The notes beneath the pieces are model-generated. The model had not been told where the DNA came from. It did no database searches and was given only the letters and a program-made list of their open reading frames with translations. Position numbers and translations under genes: made by a program. Source: an uncultured Verrucomicrobiae bacterium (GTDB lineage: Bacteria; Verrucomicrobiota; Verrucomicrobiia; Chthoniobacterales; JAFAMB01). Taken from it: 64,000 bases of DNA. Where the stretch lies: positions 3,008,001 through 3,072,000 of the forward strand of contig CAWIPH010000002.1 in assembly GCA_963837955.1 (NCBI GenBank), read 5' to 3'. Of the stretch, positions 50,664-61,399 are shown in pieces. Position 1 is the stretch's first letter, and the number at the start of each line of letters is the position of its first letter.

Positions 50664-50839
50664 GAAGTAGCAAAGTAGCCTGATCCTCCCGGCTCAGGGA
50701 CCCAAGGCGTAGTGCACAAGGTCATAGATTTTTCTCTGGCTCGCCGTGTGTCGCTCGACCATCCGGCCGTAGAATTTTATGCAAGTAAGGGAATGGAGTT
50801 TGCGCCCCAGGAACTAAATCCTGGGGCACTCCTTCAAAA

Positions 50840-51085
50840 CTACCCTTTCGGCCAGGGCTCCCAAAACTCCACCCATTCGCGCTGCGTTTGCGGCAGCTGG
50901 TGCCGCTCGATAAACTGCATGCGGCACTGGCACCGGACCGACACCAGGCACTGGTGGAAGGTATGGTCGGCAATCCAGATCTCCGACCCGCAGGTTCCGC
51001 ACCAGAAGCCGATCGCGCGGTAGCGGCGGAGTTGGCCGAACAGTTCGGCCAAACGGTCTTTCATTTCTCTTTCTTTGATTTGCAT
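50840..51085 (-). CDS. Small Cys-rich hypothetical protein
   Basis: CGTC..HQC..CQC pattern, AG-rich RBS-like region upstream. Confidence 0.35.
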   Translation of the reverse strand: MQIKEREMKDRLAELFGQLRRYRAIGFWCGTCGSEIWIADHTFHQCLVSVRCQCRMQFIERHQLPQTQREWVEFWEPWPKG

Positions 51086-51634
51086 GTTTTTCCTTTTGTT
51101 TTCCCGGTTGGGCAGAACTCACCTGTGGCGAGTCGCCAACCGGGTATCAGGGCATGCGGAAAAGAGAATCAGGGCACGGTAGTCGATCTCACGAAAGCCG
51201 TTCTCGGTCAGATTGCGAACGGTAATTCAATTCATCAGAGCTATTGAGATATCCGGATCAATTGTGACCCAAAAAGTCGCCTCACGATTTGGGCACGCCA
51301 GCCCCCTCACCCGCCAGCCAAACATTCTATTCGCGGAGTATAAATAAAAACTATCTGCATCTTAGTCCCTCGGGGCAATGAAGCTCTTTCTGTCACAACG
51401 AACAAGCGAGGCTCAAGTAGTACATGCAACCTTGGCTAATCATCGAACTCCGATCGCAAGTACCTGCAGCGAACATCGTCCACAACATCAAAGAGATTCC
51501 TCGGAAGCGTATGGAATTTATCAAAAGAATACGAGCCATCCTGAGCATCAGGACTGATGACGCGATTGCCTTTTACGGTTCGTCAGGACGGGAATTGAAC
51601 TGAACAGACTCAAGAAAAGGTAATAACGGCCGCC

Positions 51635-54470
51635 ATGCCCCCGCCCGATACAATCTCTCCTGAGCACCGGCTTGCTTTGCCAGTCGGGTTCCAGCTTGAG
51701 GAATATCGAATCGTCAAGGTGCTGGGCCAAGGCGGATTTGGCATTACTTATTTAGCAGAAGACACCCGCATGAATCATCAGGTGGCAATTAAAGAGTTGT
51801 TGCCCACTGATTTTGCCACTCGCAGCCAGGATTACACGGTTGTTCCGCTTACGCAATCCGACGAGCCAGACCTCGCTTGGGCCAAACAGCGCTTCATCGA
51901 CGAAGCGCGCATTTTGGTGAGGTTGAACCATCCGAACATCGTCAGGTTTTTCCGCTATTTCGAACTCAATAGCACTGCCTACCTGGTGATGGAGTTTGTG
52001 CGCGGGCAGAACTTCAAAGGCTGGATGCAAAGCGCATCGGCAACCGCGCGAACAGGAGCTAAAAGCTCTGCTATTGCCGTTGCTCGATGGTCTGGAATAC
52101 GTGCATCAACAGCCTCTGCTGCATCGGGATATCAGTCCGGAAAATGTGATGATCACTGAAGCAGGGCGTCCGATGCTTCTGGATTTCGGCAGCGCGCGGG
52201 CGGCTCTGGGAAACAACCCAAAAACGGAAGTTGTCCGGCGCGGCTTTTCTCCCATCGAGCAATACCAAAGAAATAGCCCACAAGGACCATACACCGACCT
52301 CTACGCGCTTGCTGGGATCATGATCCAGGCCATCACCGGAGAAGCGCCTCCTCAATCAATCGATCGCTTCGGCAATCGCGATCCCTATGAACCTTTAACC
52401 CGGCGCTACGCTGGAAAGTACTCCCAGAGCTTTCTCCGGGCTTTGGACGCAGCCTTCGCCGCCTGGCCGGAAAAGAGGCCTCAGAGCGTCGAGCAGTGGC
52501 GCCAGATGCTGGAAGTTTCTACCCGGCCGGTAAAACGGGTTTGGCCATCCCTGATCCTGGCCGGTTTAGCAGTCGCACTTCTAATTTCTGGAGCTATTTA
52601 CTATTTCGGATTCAAAATGCCCGCTGACGAAAAAGAGCGTCAGAACAAGATTGCCCAAGAACAGGCGGCAGCACAAGAGAAGGCACGCCTGGCGAAACTG
52701 CCGAAGACTCTGGTGGTACCTGACCAATACGGCAAGATTCAGTCGGCCATTGACGCCGCCAAAGCCGGTGACACGGTCTTGGTAAGAGCAGGAGTTTACC
52801 ACGAAGCACTCAAGTTTAAGGAGGGCATCGAATTGCGCGGCGCCGACCGGGACAGTACGATCGTACGGTGGCCAGCTACGCCAGCAATAACGGATAGCCA
52901 AGCCAGCTATGCTTCGCCGCTAGAAGTTAAGAATTGTAAGAGTGGTAGCGTGAAGAACTTGACCTTCGAACAGAACCAACCCGACTTGCGATCGTTTACG
53001 CTGTTTCCGATTAACGCCGTGGAAATCTTCAACTCCTCGATCACCCTGCAGAATTCCCGCATCAGCAGCCAAGCAGGAAACGGAATCTATGTGTCCGGTG
53101 AAGACTCAGCACCAACCTTGACCGCAAACGAGTGTCACGACAATAAGCGGGACGGTATCAGTCTTGTGGCAGGGAAAGCGAAAGTACTCCAGGATATCTG
53201 TCATGAGAACGGGTGGAGCGGGATCTCAGCTTCTAACAAGGGGACGGCACCGGAGTTGGTCAACAATCGCTGCGATTCTAATAAATCTCACGGCATCCAG
53301 TTCGACAGCGGTGCAAAAGGCAAAGCCATCCAGAACGTTTGTGAACAGAACAAATATGACGGCATATTGGTATCCGGTACCGGAACTGATCCGGAGCTGA
53401 CCAGCAACCAGTGTCGAGCCAACAGCTATTTCGGAATCCAATTCTCCAATGGCAGCCAGGGCAAAGCCGACCAAAATCTTTGCGAAAAAAACCTGTATTC
53501 GGGAATAGCCCTATTCGGCACCGGAACGAACCCCGTATTGACCGGTAATCAGTGTCGGGCCAACAGCTACGATGGAATCCTGTTCTCCGATGGTAGCCAG
53601 GGGAAGGCCACCGGCAACATCTGCGAAAAAAACGACAAGAACGGTCTAAGGCTGACAAATGCTTCACCCTTTCTGAGTGGAAATCAGCTGATCCAGAACG
53701 GAGAATACGGTCTTCTCTATGACGGCGCATCTAAACCAAGTTTCGGCGTACCCAGTAAGAGTTCCGGAAACAAGGCGGGTGAACTGAGCGCGCCACCGTC
53801 TATCCCGACTCCGGCGCCTTCGCCTATTCCATCGTGGCGCTTGCCGACACCCACGCCCACGCCCAAGCCCGCACCCACATTAGATCTCAATCCGCTGATG
53901 CCGTTTCCCGATGACTTCTGGCCTTCATCGACACCGACGCCGGGCGGCACTCCCAGCTCTGCACAGGGCTATTATGATCGCGCTGAAACCGAAATCGAAA
54001 AAAAAGAATACGAACAGGCGGTTCACGACTTAACTGAAGCGATTCGGCTCAACCGAGACTACGCAGATGCCTACGACGAACGTGGAAGGGCGTATCTTTC
54101 TCTCAAGAAATATAAGGAAGCTTTCACCGATTTCGACCGAGCCGTCAGTCTCGATCCTAAAGAGCCGGCCTATTACTTCAATCGCGGCCTCGCGAACGAT
54201 GACCTTGAAAAATACGACCAAGCCATCGCCGACTATACCAAGGCAATCACACTTAAGCCTGGTTACGCACATGCTTACTCCGATCGCGGCTTCGTGTACT
54301 ACGAGCTAAAAAAATATGCCGAGGCCGTCAGCGACTATACCGAAGTAATCCGCCTCGAGCCAGACTCCGCCGATGCTTACCAAGGCCGCGGTGCCGCCTA
54401 TTCCAGACTTGGCAATGACCAACTAGCGAACCGCGATTACGCGAAAGCGAAAGAGTTACAAAAGAAATGA
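51635..54470 (+). CDS. Ser/Thr protein kinase - TM - right-handed beta-helix - Pro linker - TPR; +1 frameshift near 52030
   Basis: LGQGGFGITY/VAIKE/HPNIV in ORF 51635, HRDISPEN/DFG in ORF 51996. Removing one A from CAAAGCG joins them (WMQAHRQP). Confidence 0.88.
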
Positions 54471-54820
54471 AATACCCGGGGAGCCAACGCCTAGAGAAAT
54501 ATCAGAGGGCAGAGTTGATTGCAGGTGGTTCTTTCGGCCGACTCCGGTATTGATCGTTTCATTCTTCAAGATTTTGATCGCCTACCGGCTGATCTTGGAT
54601 GCACTGCGGGTTGGCGAGCCGCGCTGAATTGGAGCTGAACAGTGGTGGCAGCCAGCGCCCTAGCCCACGCTTAGCCGCCCATTCTCTGTCACAGAACCGG
54701 TTCTTTCCGCAAGAACTTGTCAGACACTCACATCGGGTTCTTGTCAGCCAAACTGACCGCCCCGCAAGAAGCGGTTCCCGTTAACTCGGTGAGATTAAAC
54801 TAACCAACAGCAAAAACACT

Positions 54821-54907
54821 ATGCCATTCATCCAAAGATTCTTTCTGATTATCGGAATCAAGCTTGTAGCTGTTCTGCTTATATACAGCATGTCAGCTCA
54901 TCATTGA
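54821..54907 (+). CDS. Possible 28-aa single-TM small protein
   Basis: MPFIQRFFLIIGIKLVAVLLIYSMSAHH after an A-rich leader, followed by a terminator-like hairpin. Confidence 0.3.
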   Translation: MPFIQRFFLIIGIKLVAVLLIYSMSAHH

Positions 54908-54948
54908 CGGTTTTCGCTGGCGCGGTGAAAGTCGTGCCAGCTGAACTT

Positions 54949-54979
54949 CAGAACGATCAGAAGATCGTTCTGTTCTTTC
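54949..54979 (+). terminator. Probable intrinsic terminator
   Basis: CAGAACGATC-AGAA-GATCGTTCTG perfect 10-bp stem followed by TTCTTTC. Confidence 0.55.
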
Positions 54980-55075
54980 AGGGATCAAATCAGAGTCCGC
55001 GATTGCCCAAGCGGTTTCGACAACCGACAGAACCACGTTCATACCAGTGAGCTCTAGGGAAGCTAGTGAACATTT

Positions 55076-55420
55076 ATGGCTAGACTACTTACACACCTAC
55101 CATTCCTCCTGTTCACTTCTGGTCTGCTTATTTTCCCGCTCTCGGCAAAAATGACCGGCAAGGAGAATGATTTCGATGCGGCAAAGAGGCTCTACAGCGC
55201 AGCCTTGCCCGACAAACCTCTTAGCGACCGCGCCGAAGCCGAAGGACTCTATAGAGAAGCCCTCCCCATCTTTCAAAAGATTCATAGTAACAGCGATCGA
55301 GAGGCGGCAACCGTCCTTCGCGATCTGCGCCGGCTGCGGAAGCAGATGCGTGACTATGCCAAGGCCATGCAATTCTATCGCGAGGCGTTGCAGATCTGGC
55401 GAACCGCGCACGGGAACTAG
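55076..55420 (+). CDS. Short secreted TPR protein, possibly a truncated remnant
   Basis: Signal peptide; AEGLYREALPIFQK and AMQFYREALQIWR kinesin-light-chain-type TPR motifs. Confidence 0.5.
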   Translation: MARLLTHLPFLLFTSGLLIFPLSAKMTGKENDFDAAKRLYSAALPDKPLSDRAEAEGLYREALPIFQKIHSNSDREAATVLRDLRRLRKQMRDYAKAMQFYREALQIWRTAHGN

Positions 55421-55536
55421 GATTTCCCGTCACAAACGGAATCCGTTTTTCAAGAACCATTCAGGCAGTCGCTAACTAAAGACCAACCAATCGGGAACCG
55501 ACCGCCGCAACAAATAAGAATTAACAACTAAAAAAC

Positions 55537-55902
55537 ATGAAGAAACAATTACTGCTAGCACTTGCCTTCTGCGCGATGTGGTTTGCACCGCAGCCCTCAG
55601 CAAAGGCCAACACTCCGATGGATTTCGTGCTGGATAACCAGACCGGTGCAGCCATTACCGAAGTGTACGTTGCACCTCACGGGGATTCATTGGGTGCTAA
55701 TTGGTTAACCGGCCCGCTACCGGACGGTTATAACACAACGATGCGATTCTTTCGCACCCCAAACGCCCGCTACTATGATATCAGGGTTGTTTACCCGAAC
55801 GGTGTTTATTGCGATTGGACAGACTTCGATTTGCTCTCGATCAAAAAGATCACGCTCTACATCGACGCGAACGGTAACCCGCACGCCGAAATGGCCCTTT
55901 AG
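55537..55902 (+). CDS. Secreted hypothetical beta-sandwich protein
   Basis: Signal peptide; DFVLDNQTG..ITEVYVAP, YDIRV pattern. Confidence 0.7.
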   Translation: MKKQLLLALAFCAMWFAPQPSAKANTPMDFVLDNQTGAAITEVYVAPHGDSLGANWLTGPLPDGYNTTMRFFRTPNARYYDIRVVYPNGVYCDWTDFDLLSIKKITLYIDANGNPHAEMAL

Positions 55903-56257
55903 AGGCGGTTGGCGAAGCTTGGTTTGAACAGTTGGAGTTGGTTAGCGAACGGGAGTGCCAGTGCGGAATGCCGCACTGGCACATTTGCTTTTAGGGCGGT
56001 CCGAATCATTTGCCGGAAGGATCCGGCCCAGCGTAATGTTCGTCGAACCATCAGTTGAAGACGTCGGAGCAACTCAACGGCTAGTATCGAGCGACCCGCC
56101 CCTCCGAATTTTGTGGCGACAACATCAGCCATGTGATTCGTCAAACGGATACACTCCTAGCCAGCCCCGCCAGAACTTCTAACGCTGGTCGCCGCGTGGC
56201 TTTGTCCGATCCCCACCATCTTTTGGTTGAGATTGCTTGCTCCAGCGTTAAGGCTGC

Positions 56258-57865
56258 GTGATGCGGGAAGCAATCTTGTCGCTCATCTGGTTATGCTGCG
56301 TTGTGACAGCAGAAGCTCAGATCGCGGCGCCAAAACCTGAGGCCAGTTCGTCGCCGAAAAACGTGGTGGAAGCGGTAGCCGACCCGAACCGAGCCGAGCT
56401 TCATGACTTCAATCTTGAATACTTTAGTCGATCGTTCGCGTCCTGGATCGACCGCCTCAGCGTCCAGTTAAGCCAGACGCTAGGCCCTTGGAGCGAGCAA
56501 GACCTTTTTTTGAAGATCACCCCGGCCAAAATCATCCTGGGGATCATCTCGGCCCTCGTAGCTCTGGCGGTTCTGCAGATTTTTCGGTTGCTGTTAGCCT
56601 TGCTTCACCGACAGCGCCCCAGTGAATCGTCCAAGGGCTTTTGGTTTAGTGGCATTCTTCGCGCTCTGCGAAAGGCACTCGGCATTTTCTTTTGGGTCAC
56701 TGCCATTTTTCTCTTCGTCTCGCCCTTGCTTCCTCACATCGCCATCGGACTACACAACGAGGGAGTCTTTCCCCTGGTCAGCAAGCTTACGGAGCTAGGG
56801 TATTTTGCGGCGCTAATCGTCTTCTGTTACTACCTAGTCTGTCTTATCAATTCCTGGCTCGCAATTCGGGCAAAGCGAGAGCCGCGAAAGTGGTACTATC
56901 CTGCCTTCCCGTTCCTCGGGAAACTGCTCTTTTATAATTTCATCCTGATCTCGCTTCAGCTGCTTCTGTCCTTGCTTCAGCTGCCTGGATCTACCCAAGC
57001 GCTCGGCACAAAGCTCGTCTCGATCGCAACAGCCGTGGTTAACTGCGTCACCTTCATCCAGATGATCAGCGCCGTAGAAGACATGCTGATCAGTCGAACC
57101 GCCCTGCGGCAAAATGACACTTACAAATTGCGCAGTTTCAGGACGAGGTTGCGGGTGCTCCGCCAGCTACTTGTCTTCCTGGTCGTCATTATCAGCATCG
57201 GCCTGATTTTAATGAATATCGACGGGGTCCGACAGGTCGGAACTGGTTTACTCGCCTCGGCGGGCGTCGCCGGTGTCATCTTCGGGTTCGCGGCGCAAAA
57301 GTCTCTCTCCACGATTATCGCCGGTCTGCAGATCGCGTTGACCAATCCGATGAAAATCGATGACGCCGTGATCGTCGAAGGTGAATTCGGTACGATCGAA
57401 GAAATCACGCTGACTTACGTAGTCGTGAAATTGTGGGACCTGCGCCGGATGATCCTGCCGATCACCTATTTTCTGGAAAAACCGTTCCAGAACTGGACCC
57501 GCACCAGCTCGGAGTTGCTCGGAACGGTGTTCCTGTATGCCGACTTCATGATCTCAATCGATGATCTGCGCCGGGCCGGCGAAAAGATTGTCGCAACCTC
57601 GTCACTCTGGGATAAACGCGTGTACGCCGTGCATGTGACAGATTGGAAAGACCAGACGGTCGAGATTCGAATCTTGGTTAGTTCCGATACGGCTGGTCAC
57701 CTCTTCGATCTTCGCTGTGAAGTGAGAGAAAAGATTTTGTATTATCTCCAACAAAGAGATCCGAGGATGTTTCCGCATGTTCGGGCGACGCTCTTTCCAG
57801 CCGATGGCTCGGGGCCCACTCAGCAACAACCGCTCCGAACATCAAAGGAAAAACAGATCGGATAG
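56258..57865 (+). CDS. mscS: Mechanosensitive ion channel, MscS family
   Basis: LLASAGVAGVIFGFAAQ, GTIEEITLTYVVVKLWD, PFQNW, DLRCEVRE. Confidence 0.9.
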   Translation: MMREAILSLIWLCCVVTAEAQIAAPKPEASSSPKNVVEAVADPNRAELHDFNLEYFSRSFASWIDRLSVQLSQTLGPWSEQDLFLKITPAKIILGIISALVALAVLQIFRLLLALLHRQRPSESSKGFWFSGILRALRKALGIFFWVTAIFLFVSPLLPHIAIGLHNEGVFPLVSKLTELGYFAALIVFCYYLVCLINSWLAIRAKREPRKWYYPAFPFLGKLLFYNFILISLQLLLSLLQLPGSTQALGTKLVSIATAVVNCVTFIQMISAVEDMLISRTALRQNDTYKLRSFRTRLRVLRQLLVFLVVIISIGLILMNIDGVRQVGTGLLASAGVAGVIFGFAAQKSLSTIIAGLQIALTNPMKIDDAVIVEGEFGTIEEITLTYVVVKLWDLRRMILPITYFLEKPFQNWTRTSSELLGTVFLYADFMISIDDLRRAGEKIVATSSLWDKRVYAVHVTDWKDQTVEIRILVSSDTAGHLFDLRCEVREKILYYLQQRDPRMFPHVRATLFPADGSGPTQQQPLRTSKEKQIG

Positions 57866-57948
57866 AGAGGAGTGGTCCCGAAGGGACCCAATGAAAATAG
57901 CCCAGTACGAAGTGCTGGGAAACGGTCCAAAAGAGGTGCCGTCCCTTC

Positions 57949-59419
57949 GGGGCTTGTCGGACTTTTCAATTGGGTAGCAGATCTGGTAAAAAGGTGGATG
58001 CCAGAGCGATATGTAGTCATTGATCGGCAGACGCCGATGTTGTTGCCGGTCGATTTGCGAGATTGGGTGGCAAAGGATGATTTGGCGCGCTTGATAGCGG
58101 AGGCGGTCGATCAATGCGATCTACGGCTAGCTTGTACCAATGAGCGGGGTAGCGGTAGTGCGCAGTATCCGCCTGGAATGATGTTGGGCTTACTGATTTA
58201 CGCTTATGCGCGAGGAGTATTTTCTTCCCGGCGCATCGAACAACTCAGTTACGAAAGCCTTTCGGTGCGTTACTTGTGTGGCAACACCCATCCGGATCAC
58301 GATACCATCGCGAAGTTTCGGCGAGAGAACGGAGCGTTATTTCGAGAGTGTTTCCGTAGCGTGTTATTGTTGGCGCGGGAATTAGGATTGGTTCGAGTGG
58401 GCAAGCTAGCAGTGGATGGAACGCGACTGGAAGCCAACGCCAATCGCCATCGCTTCAGCACGCGGGAGCAATTAGAGCAAGAAAGGGCTCGAGTCGAAGA
58501 GCTCATTAGCGAGCTGATCCAACGAGGGGAAGCGGCTGATCAAGCTGAAGAGGGCGAAGCAGAGACTGAAGGCTTGCCAGCGGAGTTAGCCGATGGGCAA
58601 AAGCGCCGTAAGGCCATCAAAGAAGCTCTAGAGCGCATCAAGCAACGAGAAGCCCAGCAGCAAGCCGAAAAAGAGCAATTAGCCCAGAGCGGTCGTCAGA
58701 GCCAGGCCAAGGAGGTACGGATGAATTTGACCGATCCAGACTGTGGGATCTTACACCGTAAAGGGGCAGGTACAGTCATTGGCTATAACGCCCAAATTGG
58801 AGTCGATATCCAAGGTGCAGGCCTGATTGTGACTAATGCCGTCAGTGCCAAAGGGGGCGACGCGGAGTTATTGAACCAAGTCCTTGAGCAGCTCGCTCCC
58901 GAGTTAGGAGCAGTAAAGGAAGTGGTCGTCGATTGTGGCTATGAGAGCGGACCCAAAGCCTATGAGCTGGAAAAGAGCCTTGGCACCAAAGTCTATTATC
59001 CTCCCCGTCCGATCCAAGTCAGTGCTAGTGGACCAAAACATCGCAACAGCCATAGGCAACGCTTGGCGCGACACATGCGTTATTTAATCAAAAAACGCAT
59101 CGAGTCCCCCCACGGACAGTGGTTGCAACGTCGGCGCCAAACGGTAGCTGAGGGTGCTTTTGGTTTTATCAAACGCGCGTTGGGCTTTCAGCGCTTCAGT
59201 CTACGCGGCTTGCAAAAAGTTCAGACCGAATGGCAACTAGTCTGCTTGGCCTTTAACCTGCGCAAACTGGCCTAAAGAAAACAAAAAGGCTCTGCACCTA
59301 CCCGCAGCTCCCTTCGCGGAAAATTACGGCTTACCTCAAAGCTGATCGCAATCCTCCCCTTTACCGTCTCCCTTCCGCCAAAAAAAAGCGGAAAAAACAT
59401 CACGAAGTCCGACGGCCCC
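57949..59419 (+). mobile_element. IS1182-family insertion sequence, copy 2 (1471 bp)
   Basis: Same terminal repeats as copy 1; one visible coding difference (AEAVD vs AEAID). Confidence 0.92.
57998..59275 (+). CDS. IS1182-family DDE transposase
   Basis: Near-identical to 35752-37029; start set at the equivalent ATG. Confidence 0.93.
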   Translation: MPERYVVIDRQTPMLLPVDLRDWVAKDDLARLIAEAVDQCDLRLACTNERGSGSAQYPPGMMLGLLIYAYARGVFSSRRIEQLSYESLSVRYLCGNTHPDHDTIAKFRRENGALFRECFRSVLLLARELGLVRVGKLAVDGTRLEANANRHRFSTREQLEQERARVEELISELIQRGEAADQAEEGEAETEGLPAELADGQKRRKAIKEALERIKQREAQQQAEKEQLAQSGRQSQAKEVRMNLTDPDCGILHRKGAGTVIGYNAQIGVDIQGAGLIVTNAVSAKGGDAELLNQVLEQLAPELGAVKEVVVDCGYESGPKAYELEKSLGTKVYYPPRPIQVSASGPKHRNSHRQRLARHMRYLIKKRIESPHGQWLQRRRQTVAEGAFGFIKRALGFQRFSLRGLQKVQTEWQLVCLAFNLRKLA

Positions 59420-59609
59420 CGTAGGGACGAAAGAACCGTTGCCCCTTTACCTCCCAACGCAACTTCGCGAGTGCAGACCGTGATCGATCGTCCCTATCGG
59501 GACGGACACGTTTTTTTTACCTTTACCCAGCAATAAATTGCTGGGCTACTTTCATTGGGTCCCTTCGGGACCACTCCTCTCGGCGTACGCGCCCACCCTT
59601 ATGACCACT

Positions 59610-60902
59610 TCACCGTCTCGGATGTACCCTCGCCGCGACTTTCAGTCGCAATCCGTTCAATGAGATGAACCCGGTCGCATCAGATTGGTTGTAGGCCTGC
59701 GTCGGGTCGGCTTCCATCGTGGCAATCTCAGGATTGTACAGGCTGACCGGGCTCATTCGGCCGGCCGCAATCACGTTTCCTTTATAGAGTTTCACTCGGA
59801 CAACGCCGGAGACATGCTTTTGCGACTCAGTGACCAGCGCCTGAATCGCTTCCCGTTCCGGGGCAAACCAAAATCCATTGTAAACCAGCTCCGCGTATTT
59901 CGGGCCGAGCGTGTCACGCAGATGCATCACCTCCCTGTCCATCGTCAACGATTCGATCTGGCGATGCGCGAAAAATAGAATTGAGCCTCCAGGGGTCTCA
60001 TATACCCCACGGCTCTTCATTCCCACGAAACGATTCTCCACCATATCAACCCGCCCAATGCCATTCCGTCCGCCGAAAAAATTGAGCACCTTCATCACCC
60101 AAAACGGCGAAAGTCGGATTCTTCCTTCAGCGGTCTTAACCAGATCGCCGGTAAACCCGAGTTGGTCCAATTCGGCTTGCAAGTTTGCGTGACCCAGTGC
60201 TCGACACACGCCGCTTTCGAATTCCAATTCGAGATATTCCGGATCATTAGGAGCATCTTCTGGAGAAACGCTCAACCTATACATATCACGCATGTCGGCT
60301 GCACTGGCATCAATCCACGGATCTTCCAGAATGCCGCTTTCGTAGCTGATATGCAGGAGATTCCGATCCATCGAGTATGGCTTTTTCGCGGTAGCAGCCA
60401 CCGGAATACCATGCTGCTCCGCATAGTGGATCATCTCGGTCCGACCCGGAAATTGTTGCCGGAAAACTTCGTCGCGCCAGGGAGCGATTACGCGGATTTC
60501 CGGAGCCAGTGCCGCTACTGCTAATTCGAAACGCACCTGGTCGTTTCCTTTGCCGGTCGCTCCATGGGCAACCGCCTCGGCCTTCTCGATCCGCGTTATC
60601 TCTACCATCCGCTTCGCAATGAGCGGACGGGCGATGCTCGTCCCGAGATAGTATTGATTTTCGTAAAGCGCAGAGGCTTGAAACATCGGGAATATGAAGT
60701 CTCGCGCGAACTCGTCCCGCAGATCGTTGACGTAACACTTTGTCGCGCCGGTCCGCAGGGCTTTCTCCTCTAACCCATCCAATTCTTCTTCCTGCCCAAT
60801 GTCGGCGCAAAACGCGATTACGTCGGCCGAATAGACCTCCTTGATCCATTTCAAAATAACCGACGTGTCGAGCCCGCCCGAATATGCGACAACGATTTTC
60901 AT
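59610..60902 (-). CDS. argG: Argininosuccinate synthase
   Basis: [48 protein letters not shown]. Confidence 0.97.
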   Translation of the reverse strand: MKIVVAYSGGLDTSVILKWIKEVYSADVIAFCADIGQEEELDGLEEKALRTGATKCYVNDLRDEFARDFIFPMFQASALYENQYYLGTSIARPLIAKRMVEITRIEKAEAVAHGATGKGNDQVRFELAVAALAPEIRVIAPWRDEVFRQQFPGRTEMIHYAEQHGIPVAATAKKPYSMDRNLLHISYESGILEDPWIDASAADMRDMYRLSVSPEDAPNDPEYLELEFESGVCRALGHANLQAELDQLGFTGDLVKTAEGRIRLSPFWVMKVLNFFGGRNGIGRVDMVENRFVGMKSRGVYETPGGSILFFAHRQIESLTMDREVMHLRDTLGPKYAELVYNGFWFAPEREAIQALVTESQKHVSGVVRVKLYKGNVIAAGRMSPVSLYNPEIATMEADPTQAYNQSDATGFISLNGLRLKVAARVHPRR

Positions 60903-60918
60903 GGCCGCTGCACCAATA

Positions 60919-60946
60919 CAATAGCCAATAGCTAATAGCCAATAGC
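60919..60946. repeat. Heptamer tandem repeat (YAATAGC)x4
   Basis: CAATAGC CAATAGC TAATAGC CAATAGC just upstream of the argG start. Confidence 0.8.
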
Positions 60947-60983
60947 CTATTCCCGGAAATTGAAGTAACGCGTTGAAGCCGTC

Positions 60984-61384
60984 GATCCCGGTGGGATTCT
61001 ATGATAGTAGCCCAGTCCCACGCCGCGCATGGGCGTTAACATAAGGAAGGATATGCGCCGAGAGGAGTCGTCCCGTAGGGACCTAATGATAGTAGCCCAG
61101 TACGAAGTGCTGGGAAATAGTGCAAAAGACACGTCCGTCCCGCCAGAGACGATAGAAGTGTATTGGCTCCCCGGTCCTCTCGTATGCGGCTTCACCAGCG
61201 TAAGCAACCGTCGATCGTCCCGTCCGGGACGGCCCGTTTTTTGAACTATTTCCCAGCACTTCGTACTGGGCTACTTTCACCCGGTCCCTGCGGGACCAAT
61301 CCTTTTCGCATACCTCTAAGCGCTATGTTGGCGCACGCGCTGCCGCGGGACTGGGGTTACTTTCGCGATTCCCCTGTCGGGACG
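60984..61384. repeat. Nested palindromic REP/REPIN-like element (copy C, uninterrupted)
   Basis: Inner element GTCCCGTAGGGAC..TAGCCCAGTACGAAGTGCTGGGAAATAG ... CTATTTCCCAGCACTTCGTACTGGGCTAC..GTCCCTGCGGGAC lies inside a more diverged outer inverted pair. Confidence 0.85.
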
Positions 61385-61399
61385 GGACCATCGTCGCCG

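Larger units (their letters stand above)
57865..59581. repeat. Large palindromic REP/REPIN-like element (copy B) interrupted by IS copy 2
   Basis: Perfect 32-bp terminal inverted repeat GAGAGGAGTGGTCCCGAAGGGACCCAATGAAA, with internal CCCAG..CTGGG hairpins. Confidence 0.85.

Noticed and set aside
48275..55440. Additional TGTCACA sites as ECF regulon members
   Set aside because: None of those checked has the TGTC box at the 15-bp spacing.
57872..57997. N-terminally extended transposase (467 aa) in copy 2
   Set aside because: The extension reads through the REP element outside the IS end; copy 1 lacks it.
35703..59419. Composite transposon formed by two direct IS1182 copies about 22 kb apart
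   Set aside because: Each copy has both halves of its own target hairpin on its two sides, the outer flanks share no duplication, and the cargo looks like ordinary chromosomal genes. Independent insertions are the simpler explanation.
59276..59455. Guide-like RNA in the IS right end (CCCCTTTACC matches the flank near 59442)
   Set aside because: A single 10-bp low-complexity match, not seen at copy 1, and IS1182 is a DDE family with no support here for RNA guidance.
57865..61384. CRISPR array suggested by recurring palindromic repeats
   Set aside because: The repeats are inverted and nested rather than direct with regular spacers, and no cas genes are present.
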